Shown here in pieces: positions 30,734 through 43,669 of a DNA stretch of 64,000 nt. The stretch covers positions 5,541 to 69,540 of the forward strand of contig CAZSED010000012.1 in NCBI GenBank assembly GCA_964605885.1. Reading direction: 5' to 3'. This DNA comes from an uncultured Dehalococcoidales bacterium. GTDB taxonomy: Bacteria > Chloroflexota > Dehalococcoidia > GIF9 > UBA5629. Made by a program: the position numbers and the translations under genes. A model generated the notes under the pieces. That model worked only from the letters and a program-made list of their open reading frames with translations. It made no database searches and was not told the DNA's origin. Positions within the stretch are counted from its first letter, which is position 1. Each line of letters begins with the position of its first letter.

Positions 30734-31942
30734 CTACACCCCCGCTTCAGCTTTTAAAACCCTTGCCTTATCCGTTTTTTCCCAGGGGAATTTTACATCG
30801 GTGCGTCCGAAGTGGCCGTATGAAGCCGTGGCCCGGTAGATCGGCCTGCGCAGGTCGAAGTACCTGATGATGGCCTCGGGCCGCATATCGAAATGCTTGT
30901 GAATCAGTTTGAGTATGGCGGCATCGGGGATCTTCCCCGTGCCGAAGGTCTCAATTGATACGGACAGGGGGTGCGCCACGCCAATGGAATAGGCCACCTG
31001 CAACTCCAGCCTGTCTGCCAGGCCGGCGGCCACGCAGTTCTTGGCTATATAGCGGGCCATGTACGAGGCCGAGCGGTCGACCTTGGTGGGGTCCTTGCCG
31101 GAGAAGGCGCCGCCGCCGTGACGAGAATATCCGCCGTAGGTGTCCACCAGCAGCTTGCGCCCGGTGAAGCCTGTATCAGATACCGGCCCGCCCACCACAA
31201 AGCGGCCGGCGCTGTTTACATATATCTTGGTGTTCTTGTCCATCATGGAAGCCGGTATGACCGGCTTGATCACCTTCTGGATAATGTCCCGCCGGATGGT
31301 TTCATTGTCCGGCTCGGGATCGTGGTGCGCGCCGATGACTATGGCCTCTATCCTCTTGGGCTTGCCGTAGCTGTATTCCACTGTTACCTGTGACTTGCCG
31401 TCTGGCCGCAGGTAGGGCACAATTTTCTTCTTGCGTGCTTCGGCTAGCCTCATAGTCAGCTGGTGAGCCAGTGATATGGGCAGCGGCATCAGCTCCGGCG
31501 TCTCGTTGCAGGCATAGCCGAACATCATGCCCTGGTCGCCTGCGCCTGTCAGGTCCAGCTCATCCACTTTCTTGCTGCCCCTGACCTCCAGCGCCTTGGA
31601 TACTCCGGCGTTGATGTCCGGCGATTGTTTTTTAATGGATACGATGGTGGCCAGGCTCTGGTAGTCGAACTGGTATTCGGGCTTGGTATAGCCGATCTCT
31701 TTGACGATGTTTCTGACCACATCGGGTATCTCCACGTAGGTCTTGGTGGTCACCTCGCCCAACACTATGACCAGGCCAATGGTCACGGCGACCTCGCAGG
31801 CCACCCTGGACCGTGGGTCATCCTTGATCATGGCATCCAGTATTCCGTCTGCCACCTGGTCGCAAAGCTTGTCGGGATGGCCTTCAGTTACCGATTCGGA
31901 CGTGAAGAAATACTTGGGCGAACGCATAAAGGTATTGTTCAT
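30734..31942 (-). CDS. metK: S-adenosylmethionine synthetase
   Basis: [35 protein letters not shown]. Confidence 0.99.
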   Translation of the reverse strand: MNNTFMRSPKYFFTSESVTEGHPDKLCDQVADGILDAMIKDDPRSRVACEVAVTIGLVIVLGEVTTKTYVEIPDVVRNIVKEIGYTKPEYQFDYQSLATIVSIKKQSPDINAGVSKALEVRGSKKVDELDLTGAGDQGMMFGYACNETPELMPLPISLAHQLTMRLAEARKKKIVPYLRPDGKSQVTVEYSYGKPKRIEAIVIGAHHDPEPDNETIRRDIIQKVIKPVIPASMMDKNTKIYVNSAGRFVVGGPVSDTGFTGRKLLVDTYGGYSRHGGGAFSGKDPTKVDRSASYMARYIAKNCVAAGLADRLELQVAYSIGVAHPLSVSIETFGTGKIPDAAILKLIHKHFDMRPEAIIRYFDLRRPIYRATASYGHFGRTDVKFPWEKTDKARVLKAEAGV

Positions 31943-31958
31943 TGGATCTCCTTTTGGT

Positions 31959-34762
<2,804 letters not shown>

Positions 34763-34817
34763 GACAGGGGATATTTTAACAGTTTTATGTATAGTATGTC
34801 TTTGAAGCTGGCAGGGG

Positions 34818-35600
34818 TCAGCCAGCGGCCTGGCTTTTGTTCTCGGCGCCCAGCCTGTCCATCCAGTCTATGGACTTGAGCTGCTTTTCCAGCACGTACT
34901 TGATGTTCTCGCGCAGCAGGCTTTTGATCTCGTTTGTAAGCTCGGAGCTCAGTTTGACCCTGCTGGCGGTGGCGTAGTCACATTGCAGCCACAGGCGCAG
35001 CACCTTGAGCGCGTTGACGGAGAGAACTTTGGCGCCCATGTCAGGGTAGCCGCACTCCCGGCAGAGCGCCCCGCCCTGCGCAGGGTTAAAATAGTTTACC
35101 TCGGCCTGAAGCTCCCTGCCGCAGTTAGCGCACTTCTGGAACTGCGGCCTGTATCCCAGGTGGCTGAGCAACCTCAGCTCGAAATAGCGCAGCAGCCGCT
35201 CCATGTCTCCTGTTTCAGAAAGCTGTCTGAGCGTGTTCAGAAGCAGGGTGAACAGCTCCCTGTCCTCGACGTTCTCCTCGGTGAAATTGTCCATGAGCTC
35301 CGAGAGGTAGAAGCCGGCGGACATCAGCTCCAGGCTCTCCCTGACGGGCAGGAAGTTATCGATGGCCTGCGCCTGGGTGATGATATCCAGGTTGCGGCCC
35401 CTGGCCAGCATCAGCTGGCTGTGGGCCAGGAGCTCAACGTTGCCGCCCAGCTTGCTGCCCGGCTTCCTGGAGCCCTTGGCGATGGCCCTTACCTTGCCGC
35501 AGTCCAGCGTGAACAGCGTGAGCAGGCGGTCGGCTTCGCTGAACTTGGTCCTCTTGATGATGATGGCTTCTGTCTGGTAGCTGCGCGGGGCGGTGGGCAA
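34818..35600 (-). CDS. recO: DNA repair protein RecO
   Basis: FSEADRLLTLFT...GKVRAIAKG; FELRLL..LGY; CANC/CREC zinc finger. Confidence 0.96.
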   Translation of the reverse strand: MPTAPRSYQTEAIIIKRTKFSEADRLLTLFTLDCGKVRAIAKGSRKPGSKLGGNVELLAHSQLMLARGRNLDIITQAQAIDNFLPVRESLELMSAGFYLSELMDNFTEENVEDRELFTLLLNTLRQLSETGDMERLLRYFELRLLSHLGYRPQFQKCANCGRELQAEVNYFNPAQGGALCRECGYPDMGAKVLSVNALKVLRLWLQCDYATASRVKLSSELTNEIKSLLRENIKYVLEKQLKSIDWMDRLGAENKSQAAG

Positions 35601-35603
35601 GGC

Positions 35604-36215
35604 CTACATCTCCTGCCTGCCCTCCAGGGCACGGCTGAGGGTAACATCGTCGGCGTATTCGAGGTCCCCGCCGAAGGGAAGACCGCGGGCCAGCCTGGTG
35701 ACGCGTATGCCCAGCGGTGAAATCAGGCGCTGGATATACATGGAAGTGGCCTCACCCTCTACGTTGGGGTTGGTGGCCAGTATGACTTCACGCACCCGGC
35801 CATTGGCCAGGCGGTCCAGCAACTCCCTGATGTGCAGGTCCTCGGGCTTGATGCCATCGCTGGGCGAGATGACCCCGTGCAGCACGTGGTAAAGGCCGCG
35901 GAACTTCCTGGTGCGCTCCAGGGGCATGATGTCGATGGGCTCCTCCACCACGCAGATGATGCTGGTATCACGCGTCTGGTCCCCGCATATGCCGCAGGGG
36001 TCGGAATCGGTGATATTCAGGCAGGCCGAGCAAAGCTTTAAATTGTCCTTTATGCCCAGAATGGCGTCGGCCAGGTCCCGCGATCTCTCGGGAGGGGCCT
36101 GCAGCAGGTGATAGGCCAGACGCTGCGCCGTCTTGGGCCCGATGCCCGGCAGCTTACTGAGCTCTTCTATCAGCCTGGATATCGGCTTGGCTGTGGTGGG
36201 AAAATCCGGAGTCAA
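35604..36215 (-). CDS. recR: Recombination mediator RecR
   Basis: LPGIGPKTAQRLA, C4 zinc finger, EVILATNPNVEGEAT. Confidence 0.98.
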   Translation of the reverse strand: MTPDFPTTAKPISRLIEELSKLPGIGPKTAQRLAYHLLQAPPERSRDLADAILGIKDNLKLCSACLNITDSDPCGICGDQTRDTSIICVVEEPIDIMPLERTRKFRGLYHVLHGVISPSDGIKPEDLHIRELLDRLANGRVREVILATNPNVEGEATSMYIQRLISPLGIRVTRLARGLPFGGDLEYADDVTLSRALEGRQEM

Positions 36216-36224
36216 AGGTCGCTC

Positions 36225-36530
36225 CTAAAAAAGTCCCGGTATCTTCAGCCCGCCCGTAAGCTTGCCCATGCTCTGGGCAGCCATCTCCTGTGACTTGTGG
36301 ATCGCCTCGTTACAGGCGGCCAGGACCAGGTCCTGCAGAAATTCAACGTCCTCTGAATTTATAACGTCGGGCGAGATGGTGATTGATTGTATCTGCTGGT
36401 GTCCGTTGATAACTATCTTTATAGCCCCGCCGCCGGCCGTCACCTCTATATTCGTTTTCTCCAGCTCTTCCTGGGCCTTGACCAGCTTGGCCTGGAGCTC
36501 CTGTATCTGACGCAGGTTAAATTGGCTCAT
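36225..36530 (-). CDS. ybaB: YbaB/EbfC nucleoid-associated protein
   Basis: AGGGAIKI..NG...DVEFLQDLVLAACNEA; lies between dnaX and recR. Confidence 0.95.
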   Translation of the reverse strand: MSQFNLRQIQELQAKLVKAQEELEKTNIEVTAGGGAIKIVINGHQQIQSITISPDVINSEDVEFLQDLVLAACNEAIHKSQEMAAQSMGKLTGGLKIPGLF

Positions 36531-38212
36531 TTCTCCTCCGTTTCTGCATTCTCCTCAATGATTTTTGCGCCCATATTGAGGGCGGCCTCCACCAGGTGGT
36601 TGCTGCTGGCCGGCTTCAGCTCCGATTTTGGGCCCTGCGGCATCATGATACAGACTACTGTGTAGGTGTGCCCGAAGACCTCCTTGAGCTTTTTCTCTAT
36701 GAGGTGCAGGTATTTGCGGTTATCAATATAACTCTTGTGGAACTCATGGTAAAAACCCAGCAGCAGGTCCTGGCCCTTGATCTCCACCGGCTCGCAGGCA
36801 TGCCGCAGCCGAGCGTCCAGGTTGCCCTGTGAACCCTCGCCCCGCATGGAGTTGATGAAGTCCTTCCAGTGCAACCGCAGGTACTCCAGGTCGCCGGGGT
36901 CATCCATTTTAAGCGGCTCGGACAGCTTGGGCGGCTCGCCGGCCGGGTAGCTCTCATCGGACGGGGGCGGGTTAGCGGAAGCCGTGGATTCGGCCACTTT
37001 GGGCGGCCTGCTGACCAGGCTGGCAGGACGCGCATATTCACCACCGGGCCTGGTAATGCGCGGGGCTGCCGGCGCCGGTCGCGAATACTGGCTTTCCCTT
37101 GACGAGCCCTCTGCGGAGGCCATTTTATCCCTGTTGTGCTGTGCCAGGACGCTCTCCACCAGCGCCAGCTCGAGCGGCAGGGGGGAGAAGCTGTCCATGC
37201 GCATATCGATGTTGCTGAATAGCTTGACCGTGTTCAGCAGGTAGTCCAGGCTGGCGCCTGAGGCTATCTTCTGCATCTCGGCCAGGTCGTCGGCCGTGGC
37301 ATCCACCATCTCCCCCGAGCCTGACTTGGCCAGCAGAAGCTGGCGCAGGTAGTCCACCAGCTCCCGGTTGAACTGCCTGAGATCCAGGCCTTCGGCGGAG
37401 ACGGCGTTGATGACCTTGAGGCCGGAAGATATATCCTTGGCTAAGACGCAGCGGGTGAGCTCCTGTATGCGCAGGTCCCCGGTGATGCCCAGCATGGCCT
37501 TGGCCTGTGCCAGTTCGATGCTGTTGCCGTAGTAAGTTATCAGCTGCTCCAGCAGGTTGGTGGCGTCACGCAGGCTGCCGGTGGTTACCTTGGCTATCAG
37601 CTTGAGCGCCTCCGGTTCCAGCCTGACGCCCTCTTTTTCGCAGATATAAGACAGGCGGGAGACCACGGCGCTGCTGGAAAGGCGGTGGAAATCGAAGCGC
37701 TGGCAGCGGGAAGTGATGGTGGAGATTATTTTGTGCGGGTCGGTGGTGGCCAGGATGAAAATAACGTGCGGAGGAGGCTCCTCCAGCGTTTTGAGGAAGG
37801 CGTTTGCGCCTTCCCTGGTTATCATATGGACTTCGTCGATTATATAGACTTTATAGTGCAGGGCGTTGGGCGAATAGTTCACCCGCTCCTTGAGCTCGTT
37901 CATATCGTCGATGCCGCGGTTGGAGGCCTCGTCGATCTCGATTATATCCAGTGCGCTGCCCTGGTTGATGGCGTTGCAGGAATCGCAGCTGTTGCATGGC
38001 TCTCCTTCTATTGGATTGCGGCAGTTGACAGCCTTGGCCAGTATACGGGCCGTGCTGGTCTTGCCGCTGCCGCGCGGGCCGCAGAACAGGTAGGCATGGG
38101 CGATCCTGCTGCTTTTTATGGCATTGCGGAGAGTCTGGACTACGTGTTCCTGGCCGGCTACTTCGCTGAATGTCTGGGGACGCCACTTGCGGTAGAAAAC
38201 CTGGGAGGTCAT
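36527..38212 (-). CDS. dnaX: DNA polymerase III subunit gamma/tau
   Basis: YRKWRPQTF, GPRGSGKTSTAR, IIDEVHM, LKTLEEPP, SRC. Start moved from the track's 38287 to ATG 38212 (MTSQVFYRKWRP). Confidence 0.97.
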   Translation of the reverse strand: MTSQVFYRKWRPQTFSEVAGQEHVVQTLRNAIKSSRIAHAYLFCGPRGSGKTSTARILAKAVNCRNPIEGEPCNSCDSCNAINQGSALDIIEIDEASNRGIDDMNELKERVNYSPNALHYKVYIIDEVHMITREGANAFLKTLEEPPPHVIFILATTDPHKIISTITSRCQRFDFHRLSSSAVVSRLSYICEKEGVRLEPEALKLIAKVTTGSLRDATNLLEQLITYYGNSIELAQAKAMLGITGDLRIQELTRCVLAKDISSGLKVINAVSAEGLDLRQFNRELVDYLRQLLLAKSGSGEMVDATADDLAEMQKIASGASLDYLLNTVKLFSNIDMRMDSFSPLPLELALVESVLAQHNRDKMASAEGSSRESQYSRPAPAAPRITRPGGEYARPASLVSRPPKVAESTASANPPPSDESYPAGEPPKLSEPLKMDDPGDLEYLRLHWKDFINSMRGEGSQGNLDARLRHACEPVEIKGQDLLLGFYHEFHKSYIDNRKYLHLIEKKLKEVFGHTYTVVCIMMPQGPKSELKPASSNHLVEAALNMGAKIIEENAETEEK

Positions 38213-38301
38213 GGTGAAATCATTATACCGCAACCGCGCGAGGGCTGAAACCGATTCCCTGCCGGCCAAGGCAGGTTTATAATGCAATGGCGGCCTCGCT
38301 A

Positions 38302-38310
38302 TGCTATAAT
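38302..38310 (+). promoter_or_regulatory. Extended -10 promoter of rpsO-pnp-dap operon
   Basis: TGcTATAAT upstream of an AGGAGT SD and the TTG start. Confidence 0.6.
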
Positions 38311-38343
38311 CATGCGTTAAAGAGTTTTCTAGGAGTAATTACG

Positions 38344-38607
38344 TTGGACAAGGAAAAGAAGCAAGCCCTAATGAAGAGCTATGCTATACACGAAAAAGAT
38401 ACTGGCTCTTCTGATGTTCAGATCGCGGTTCTCACCGAGAGGATTAACCAGCTGTCTGGACATTTGAAGGACCATTCTCATGATCAGCATACACGTCGAT
38501 CTCTTCTCAAGCTTATCGGGAGGCGCAGGCGGCTGCTCGCTTATTTGAGCAGGGAGGACCTCAACCGCTACCGCACAGTTATAGGCAAGCTGGGCCTACG
38601 CAAATAA
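38344..38607 (+). CDS. rpsO: 30S ribosomal protein S15
   Basis: [13 protein letters not shown]...RRRLLAYL...LGLRK. Start moved to TTG 38344 (AGGAGT SD). Confidence 0.98.
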   Translation: MDKEKKQALMKSYAIHEKDTGSSDVQIAVLTERINQLSGHLKDHSHDQHTRRSLLKLIGRRRRLLAYLSREDLNRYRTVIGKLGLRK

Positions 38608-38625
38608 ATATAGCAGGTTATTATT

Positions 38626-40851
38626 ATGCCCCAGAACTTTAAGTGCAATATTGGGGACAGAGAGCTTGTCATCGATACTGGCAAGCTGGCCCAGCAGGCC
38701 GACGGCTCTGTAACCATCCGCTATGGAGATACCATAGTCCTCGTTACCGCCTGTATCAGCGAAGAGGCCAGGGAGAACAGCGACTTCGTACGCCTGACGG
38801 TTGACTACGAGGAACGCCACTATGCCGTCGGCAAGATACCCGGGAGCTTTATGCGGCGTGAAGGCCGCCCCGGCGAGCAGGCCACGCTGGCCGCGCGCCT
38901 GTGCGATCGCTCCATCCGCCCGCTCTTTATAAAGAGCCTTCCCAATGATATACAGGTGGTTATCACTGTCCTGTCCACCGACCAGGAGAACGATCCCGAC
39001 GTGCTGGGCGTCATAGGCGCTTCGGCGGCACTGACGATCTCCAGCATCCCGTTTTACGGCCCTATAGGAGCCACGAGGATAGGCTATATAGACGGCAAGA
39101 TGGTGATAAACCCGTTACTGCCGCAGATGAATGACAGCCTCCTTGACCTGGTCGTGGCCAGCAGCAAAGAGAATATCGTCATGGTGGAAGCCGGCTGCAA
39201 GGAGATAGACCCTCAAATTTACCTGGAAGCCGTCAAGCTGGCCCATGAAGAGAACCAGAAGATAATCAAGCTCCAGGAGGAGCTCCAGGCGGCCATCGGC
39301 AAGCCCAAGCGCAATACAGAAGGTTATGGTCTGAATCCGGAGCTTATCTCACAGGTAAGCGCTGATTTCGGGCAGGCGCTGGCAGCTGCACTCGAGAACC
39401 ACAGGGAATCGAGACAGGCGGAGGTCCACAGGCTGACTGCGGAAGCCAGGGAGAAGCTGAAGGAGCAGTTCGCCGAGTCTGAGATTGGCTTTGCTGTGGA
39501 CGAGGTTCTTAAGAAAGCCTGCCGGGCCAGGATTTTAAGCACGCAAAAGCACGTGGATGGCCGTGAGATCAAGCAGATCAGGCCGCTCAGCGCCGAGGTG
39601 GGGCTGCTGCCCCGCACGCACGGCTCCGGGCTGTTCTCACGCGGCCAGACACAGGTGCTGACCATCACCACACTGGGATCGCTGGGACAGGGCCAGACGA
39701 TTGACGACCTTGGAATTGAAGACGTGAAACGCTTTATGCACCACTATAACTTCCCTCCCTATTCCAACGGCGAGGTCAAGAGAATGGGTTCGCCGGGAAG
39801 AAGGGAGATCGGCCACGGAGCGCTGGCGCACAAGGCCATCCTGCCGGTTTTACCCACTGAACAGGATTTTGCCTACGCCATCCGGCTGGTATCCGAGGTG
39901 TTGAGTTCGAACGGGAGCACCTCCATGGGCAGCGTTTGTGCCTCAACCCTGTCCCTGATGGACGCCGGGGTGCCGATCAAGGCCCCGGTAGTTGGCATAG
40001 CCATGGGCCTGGTCACGGACAAGGACGACCCGGAAAAGTACGTTATCCTGACAGACATCGAGGGCATGGAAGACTTCTATGGCGACATGGATTACAAGGT
40101 AGCCGGCACGGTCAACGGGATTACGGCCATCCAGCTGGACATCAAGCTGCGGGGCATACATCAAGACGTGCTGGCCAAGGCCACCATGCAGGCCAGGGAA
40201 GCTCACTGGACGATTCTGGACAAGCTGAAGGAGGCCATTGCTGAAGTTCGCCCGGCGCTGAGCAAATATGCGCCGCGCATGTATAAGATCACCATCGACC
40301 CGTCCAAGATAGGGGCCCTGATAGGCCCGGGCGGCAAGAATATTAAGGCCATCATCGAGGAGACCAAGACGACCATCGAAGTATCCAACGATGGCACAGT
40401 GGTCATCGGCTCAGCCAGCGAAGAGGCCGCCCAGGCGGCCATCCACAGGGTGGAAGGCCTCACGCAGGACGTCGAGGTGGGCGCCATCTATACGGGCAAG
40501 GTCACCAGGATCCAGAATTTCGGCGCCTTCGTTGAGGTGCTGCCCGGCAAAGAGGGGCTGGTACATATCAGCGAGCTGGCTGACCACCATGTGGCCAAGG
40601 TTGAAGACGTGGTCAAGATAGGCGACGAGATAATGGTTAAAGTTACGGAGATTGACCGGCTTGGACGCATCAACCTTTCGCGTAAAGCCGTATTCAGTGA
40701 GCAGACCGGATCCGGCGGCGAGAAGAAATTTGACAGAGAAAGACCTCCAATGCATCCCAGGCCGCCCCACAGGCCGGGCCATCCGGCCCGGGCAGGCCTG
40801 CCTTCCAGGGAGCGAAGGCCCGAGTCCAGGCACCATACGGATAAGAGCTAA
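38626..40851 (+). CDS. pnp: Polyribonucleotide nucleotidyltransferase
   Basis: GKIPGSFMRREGRP, RREIGHG, SSNGSTSMGS, KH and S1 domains. Confidence 0.99.
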   Translation: MPQNFKCNIGDRELVIDTGKLAQQADGSVTIRYGDTIVLVTACISEEARENSDFVRLTVDYEERHYAVGKIPGSFMRREGRPGEQATLAARLCDRSIRPLFIKSLPNDIQVVITVLSTDQENDPDVLGVIGASAALTISSIPFYGPIGATRIGYIDGKMVINPLLPQMNDSLLDLVVASSKENIVMVEAGCKEIDPQIYLEAVKLAHEENQKIIKLQEELQAAIGKPKRNTEGYGLNPELISQVSADFGQALAAALENHRESRQAEVHRLTAEAREKLKEQFAESEIGFAVDEVLKKACRARILSTQKHVDGREIKQIRPLSAEVGLLPRTHGSGLFSRGQTQVLTITTLGSLGQGQTIDDLGIEDVKRFMHHYNFPPYSNGEVKRMGSPGRREIGHGALAHKAILPVLPTEQDFAYAIRLVSEVLSSNGSTSMGSVCASTLSLMDAGVPIKAPVVGIAMGLVTDKDDPEKYVILTDIEGMEDFYGDMDYKVAGTVNGITAIQLDIKLRGIHQDVLAKATMQAREAHWTILDKLKEAIAEVRPALSKYAPRMYKITIDPSKIGALIGPGGKNIKAIIEETKTTIEVSNDGTVVIGSASEEAAQAAIHRVEGLTQDVEVGAIYTGKVTRIQNFGAFVEVLPGKEGLVHISELADHHVAKVEDVVKIGDEIMVKVTEIDRLGRINLSRKAVFSEQTGSGGEKKFDRERPPMHPRPPHRPGHPARAGLPSRERRPESRHHTDKS

Positions 40852-40888
40852 AAAATCAGTCCGGGCAGGGCCCGGCGAGGTTACTGAT

Positions 40889-41692
40889 ATGGCTCAGATT
40901 AAGGTTATTGTCAATGGTGGCTTAGGCAGGATGGGGCAGCAGGTGGTCAATGCCGTAGCTGCCGATCCGGAGCTTGAGCTGATAGGAGCCGCTGATATAA
41001 AAGCGGCAGTTGAGGGCCTGCCTGCTCCGGTCAAATCCGGGAGTGTGCCGTTGCGACCCAGCCTTGGTTCGCTGCTTGAATTCCTGCATCCCGATGTGGT
41101 GGTCGACTTTACGGTAGCCGAGTCCGGCATGGATGCCGCCAGGCGCAGCCTGCAGAGCGGGGCCTGTATCGTTATGGGGACCACCGGCCTGAATGAGGAA
41201 AACCTAAACGAAATCAACCAGCTGGCGTTAAAACATAATAAGGGTGCAGTGGTGGCTGCCAACTTTGCCATCGGAGCCGTTATGTTGATGCATCTGGCAA
41301 AGATCGCGGCCAGGTATTTTGACAATGCCGAGATCATCGAGCTGCACCACGATAAGAAACTCGATGCGCCATCGGGTACGGCGCTGGCCACGGCCAGGGC
41401 CATGGGGAAATCCCGCGGCAAGCCCTTTAACTACCCCAGGACCGAGAGGGAAACGCTGCAGGGGACCCGCGGCGGGCAGTCTGAAGGCATATCCATTCAC
41501 AGCGTGAGGCTGCCCGGACTGGTAGCCAGCCAGGAAGTTATCTTCGGCGCACTGGGCCAGACGTTGAGCTTGCGGCACGATATGCTCAGCAGGGAAAGCT
41601 TTATGCCGGGCGTGATACTGGCCGTAAAAGAGGTCGTCAAACGTAAAGGCCTGGTTTTTGGACTGGATGTACTTCTAAATTTGGGAGACTGA
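40889..41692 (+). CDS. dapB: 4-hydroxy-tetrahydrodipicolinate reductase
   Basis: GRMG, DVVVDFT, GTTG, ELHHDKKLDAPSGTA. Start moved to ATG 40889 (GAGGT SD). Confidence 0.97.
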   Translation: MAQIKVIVNGGLGRMGQQVVNAVAADPELELIGAADIKAAVEGLPAPVKSGSVPLRPSLGSLLEFLHPDVVVDFTVAESGMDAARRSLQSGACIVMGTTGLNEENLNEINQLALKHNKGAVVAANFAIGAVMLMHLAKIAARYFDNAEIIELHHDKKLDAPSGTALATARAMGKSRGKPFNYPRTERETLQGTRGGQSEGISIHSVRLPGLVASQEVIFGALGQTLSLRHDMLSRESFMPGVILAVKEVVKRKGLVFGLDVLLNLGD

Positions 41693-41693
41693 T

Positions 41694-42725
41694 ATGAATG
41701 ACGGTTACCACGTAGCGATTGTAGGCGCCACCGGCATGGTAGGGCAGGAGTTCATCAAGGTGCTCCTGCAGAGAAAATTCCCGGCGGCGTCAATACAGTT
41801 ATTTGCTTCCGACCGTTCAGCCGGCAAGAAACTGTTCGTGGGACATCAGGAGAAAGTGGTCAAGGAGACTGCCAATGATTCCTTTGACAACGTGGATATC
41901 GCGCTGTTTTCCGCCGGCTCGGAGATCAGCAAGCATTTTGCGCCAATTGCGGCCAAGGCCGGCGCGCTGGTCGTGGACAACAGCGCTGCCTGGCGCATGG
42001 ACCCGCGTGTGCCGCTGGTGGTCCCTGAAGTGAATGTTGACGACATCAAGAAGCACAAGGGCATAATTGCCAACCCGAACTGCTCGACCATCCAGATGGT
42101 GGTGGCGCTTTATCCGCTGCACAAGGTCAACCCGATCAAGCGCGTGACAGTGGCCACTTACCAATCGGTCTCGGGCACGGGCATTGCCGCAGTGGAGGAG
42201 CTGACCAAGCAGTCCAAGGTGGTGCTGGAAGGCGGCAACGTTGTGCCGCATGTCTACGCCCACCAGATTGCCTTCAACCTGCTTCCTGAGATAGATGTCT
42301 TCCTGGAGAACGGCTACACCAAGGAAGAGTGGAAGATGGTGGAAGAGACACGCAAGATCATGCACGCGGAAAACATTGCAGTTTCAGCCACCTGTGTGAG
42401 GGTGCCTGTCTTCGTCAGCCACAGCGAGGCAGTTCAAATTGAGTTTACTGAGTATATGTCACCGGAAGAAGCGCGCGGCATCCTGAGCAAGGCGCCGGGC
42501 GTGAAGGTTTTGGATGACCCCAACGTCAGCCTGTATCCGCAGCCCTGGCTGGCCGCAGGCACTGACGAGGTCTACGTCGGCCGTATCAGGTCAGATGCTT
42601 CCTTTCTTAACGGGCTGGTTATGTGGGTGGTCTCGGATAATATTCGCAAGGGGGCTGCACTCAATGCCGTGCAGATAGCTGAAGAGGCCATAAAGCGGGA
42701 TTGGGTCAAACAGTCCAGTAAATAG
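41694..42725 (+). CDS. asd: Aspartate-semialdehyde dehydrogenase
   Basis: GATGMVG, VPLVVPEVN, ANPNCST, DNIRKGAALNAVQIAE. Confidence 0.98.
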   Translation: MNDGYHVAIVGATGMVGQEFIKVLLQRKFPAASIQLFASDRSAGKKLFVGHQEKVVKETANDSFDNVDIALFSAGSEISKHFAPIAAKAGALVVDNSAAWRMDPRVPLVVPEVNVDDIKKHKGIIANPNCSTIQMVVALYPLHKVNPIKRVTVATYQSVSGTGIAAVEELTKQSKVVLEGGNVVPHVYAHQIAFNLLPEIDVFLENGYTKEEWKMVEETRKIMHAENIAVSATCVRVPVFVSHSEAVQIEFTEYMSPEEARGILSKAPGVKVLDDPNVSLYPQPWLAAGTDEVYVGRIRSDASFLNGLVMWVVSDNIRKGAALNAVQIAEEAIKRDWVKQSSK

Positions 42726-42740
42726 CCTGAGGAGGACGCG

Positions 42741-43634
42741 ATGAAGAAGTTCGGACGTTTACTAACAGCTATGGTCACGCCCATGGACAGCAGGGGCAAG
42801 GTGGACTACGCGCAGGCTAAAAAACTGGCCAGGGCCCTGCTGGCCTCCGGCAACGACGGGCTGGTGGTATCCGGGACGACCGGAGAAAGCCCCACACTGA
42901 CGGCGGAGGAGAAGCTGCGCCTGTTTGCGGAGGTGAGGTCTGCCGTGCCTGCCAAAGCCACGATCGTGGCAGGAACGGGCAACTACAACACGCACGAGAG
43001 CATAGAGCTGACCAAACAGGCGGAGAAGACCGGCGTGGATGCCTGCCTGCTGACGGTGCCCTACTACAACCGTCCTACGCAGGACGGGCTATATGAACAT
43101 TTCAAGGCCATCGCCGGCTCTACCAGGCTGCCCTGCATAGTTTATAACGTGCCCTCCCGCACCGTGACAAACCTGACGGCCGACACGGCCGTTAAGCTCA
43201 GCAAGATCGATAACATTGTGGGCATCAAGGAGGCCAGCGCCGATTTTGTGCAGATAGCCAAGATAATCGAGGGCGCAGGTAAGGACTTCCTCGTATATAG
43301 CGGCAATGACGGCGACACCTTCCCCATACTCGGCCTGGGCGGGTACGGCGTCATCGGTGTGATCACGCACCTGATAGGCAAGCAATACAAGAAGATGATT
43401 GACGATCTCCTGGCTGGCCGTATCGAGCAGGCTGCAAAACTGCACCGGGGCTTCTTGCCCCTGGTGAACGCCATGTTCCTGATCGGCAACCCCATGCCCA
43501 TCAAGTATGCCCTGAACTACGTGGGCTTCAGGGTGGGCAAGCCGCGCCTGCCGCTGGTGGAGCCTGACGAAAAGACCAGGGCGGCCATCGAGCAGACGCT
43601 GAAGAAATATAAGATAGACCTGCCGGTTAAGTAA
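42741..43634 (+). CDS. dapA: 4-hydroxy-tetrahydrodipicolinate synthase
   Basis: GTTGESPTL, PYYNRP, YNVPSRT, GIKEAS. Confidence 0.97.
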   Translation: MKKFGRLLTAMVTPMDSRGKVDYAQAKKLARALLASGNDGLVVSGTTGESPTLTAEEKLRLFAEVRSAVPAKATIVAGTGNYNTHESIELTKQAEKTGVDACLLTVPYYNRPTQDGLYEHFKAIAGSTRLPCIVYNVPSRTVTNLTADTAVKLSKIDNIVGIKEASADFVQIAKIIEGAGKDFLVYSGNDGDTFPILGLGGYGVIGVITHLIGKQYKKMIDDLLAGRIEQAAKLHRGFLPLVNAMFLIGNPMPIKYALNYVGFRVGKPRLPLVEPDEKTRAAIEQTLKKYKIDLPVK

Positions 43635-43669
43635 GGCTGTCAAACTGAAGAGCGCCCACCGCTAAGGCG

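Noticed and set aside
36527-38212. Programmed -1 frameshift in dnaX (tau/gamma)
   Set aside because: I found no A_AAA_AAG or long A run at the expected position; only G_AAA_AAG near the C-terminus
38213-38343. SRP RNA (often next to dnaX) or an S15 autoregulatory leader
   Set aside because: No SRP helix-8 CAGG...GNRA...AGCAG motif; the gap is filled by divergent promoters and the rpsO leader is very short
40652-40888. Apparent 79-aa N-terminal extension of DapB, or a pnp-dapB frameshift fusion
   Set aside because: It overlaps the intact pnp C-terminus; the DapB fold starts at ATG 40889 with its own SD
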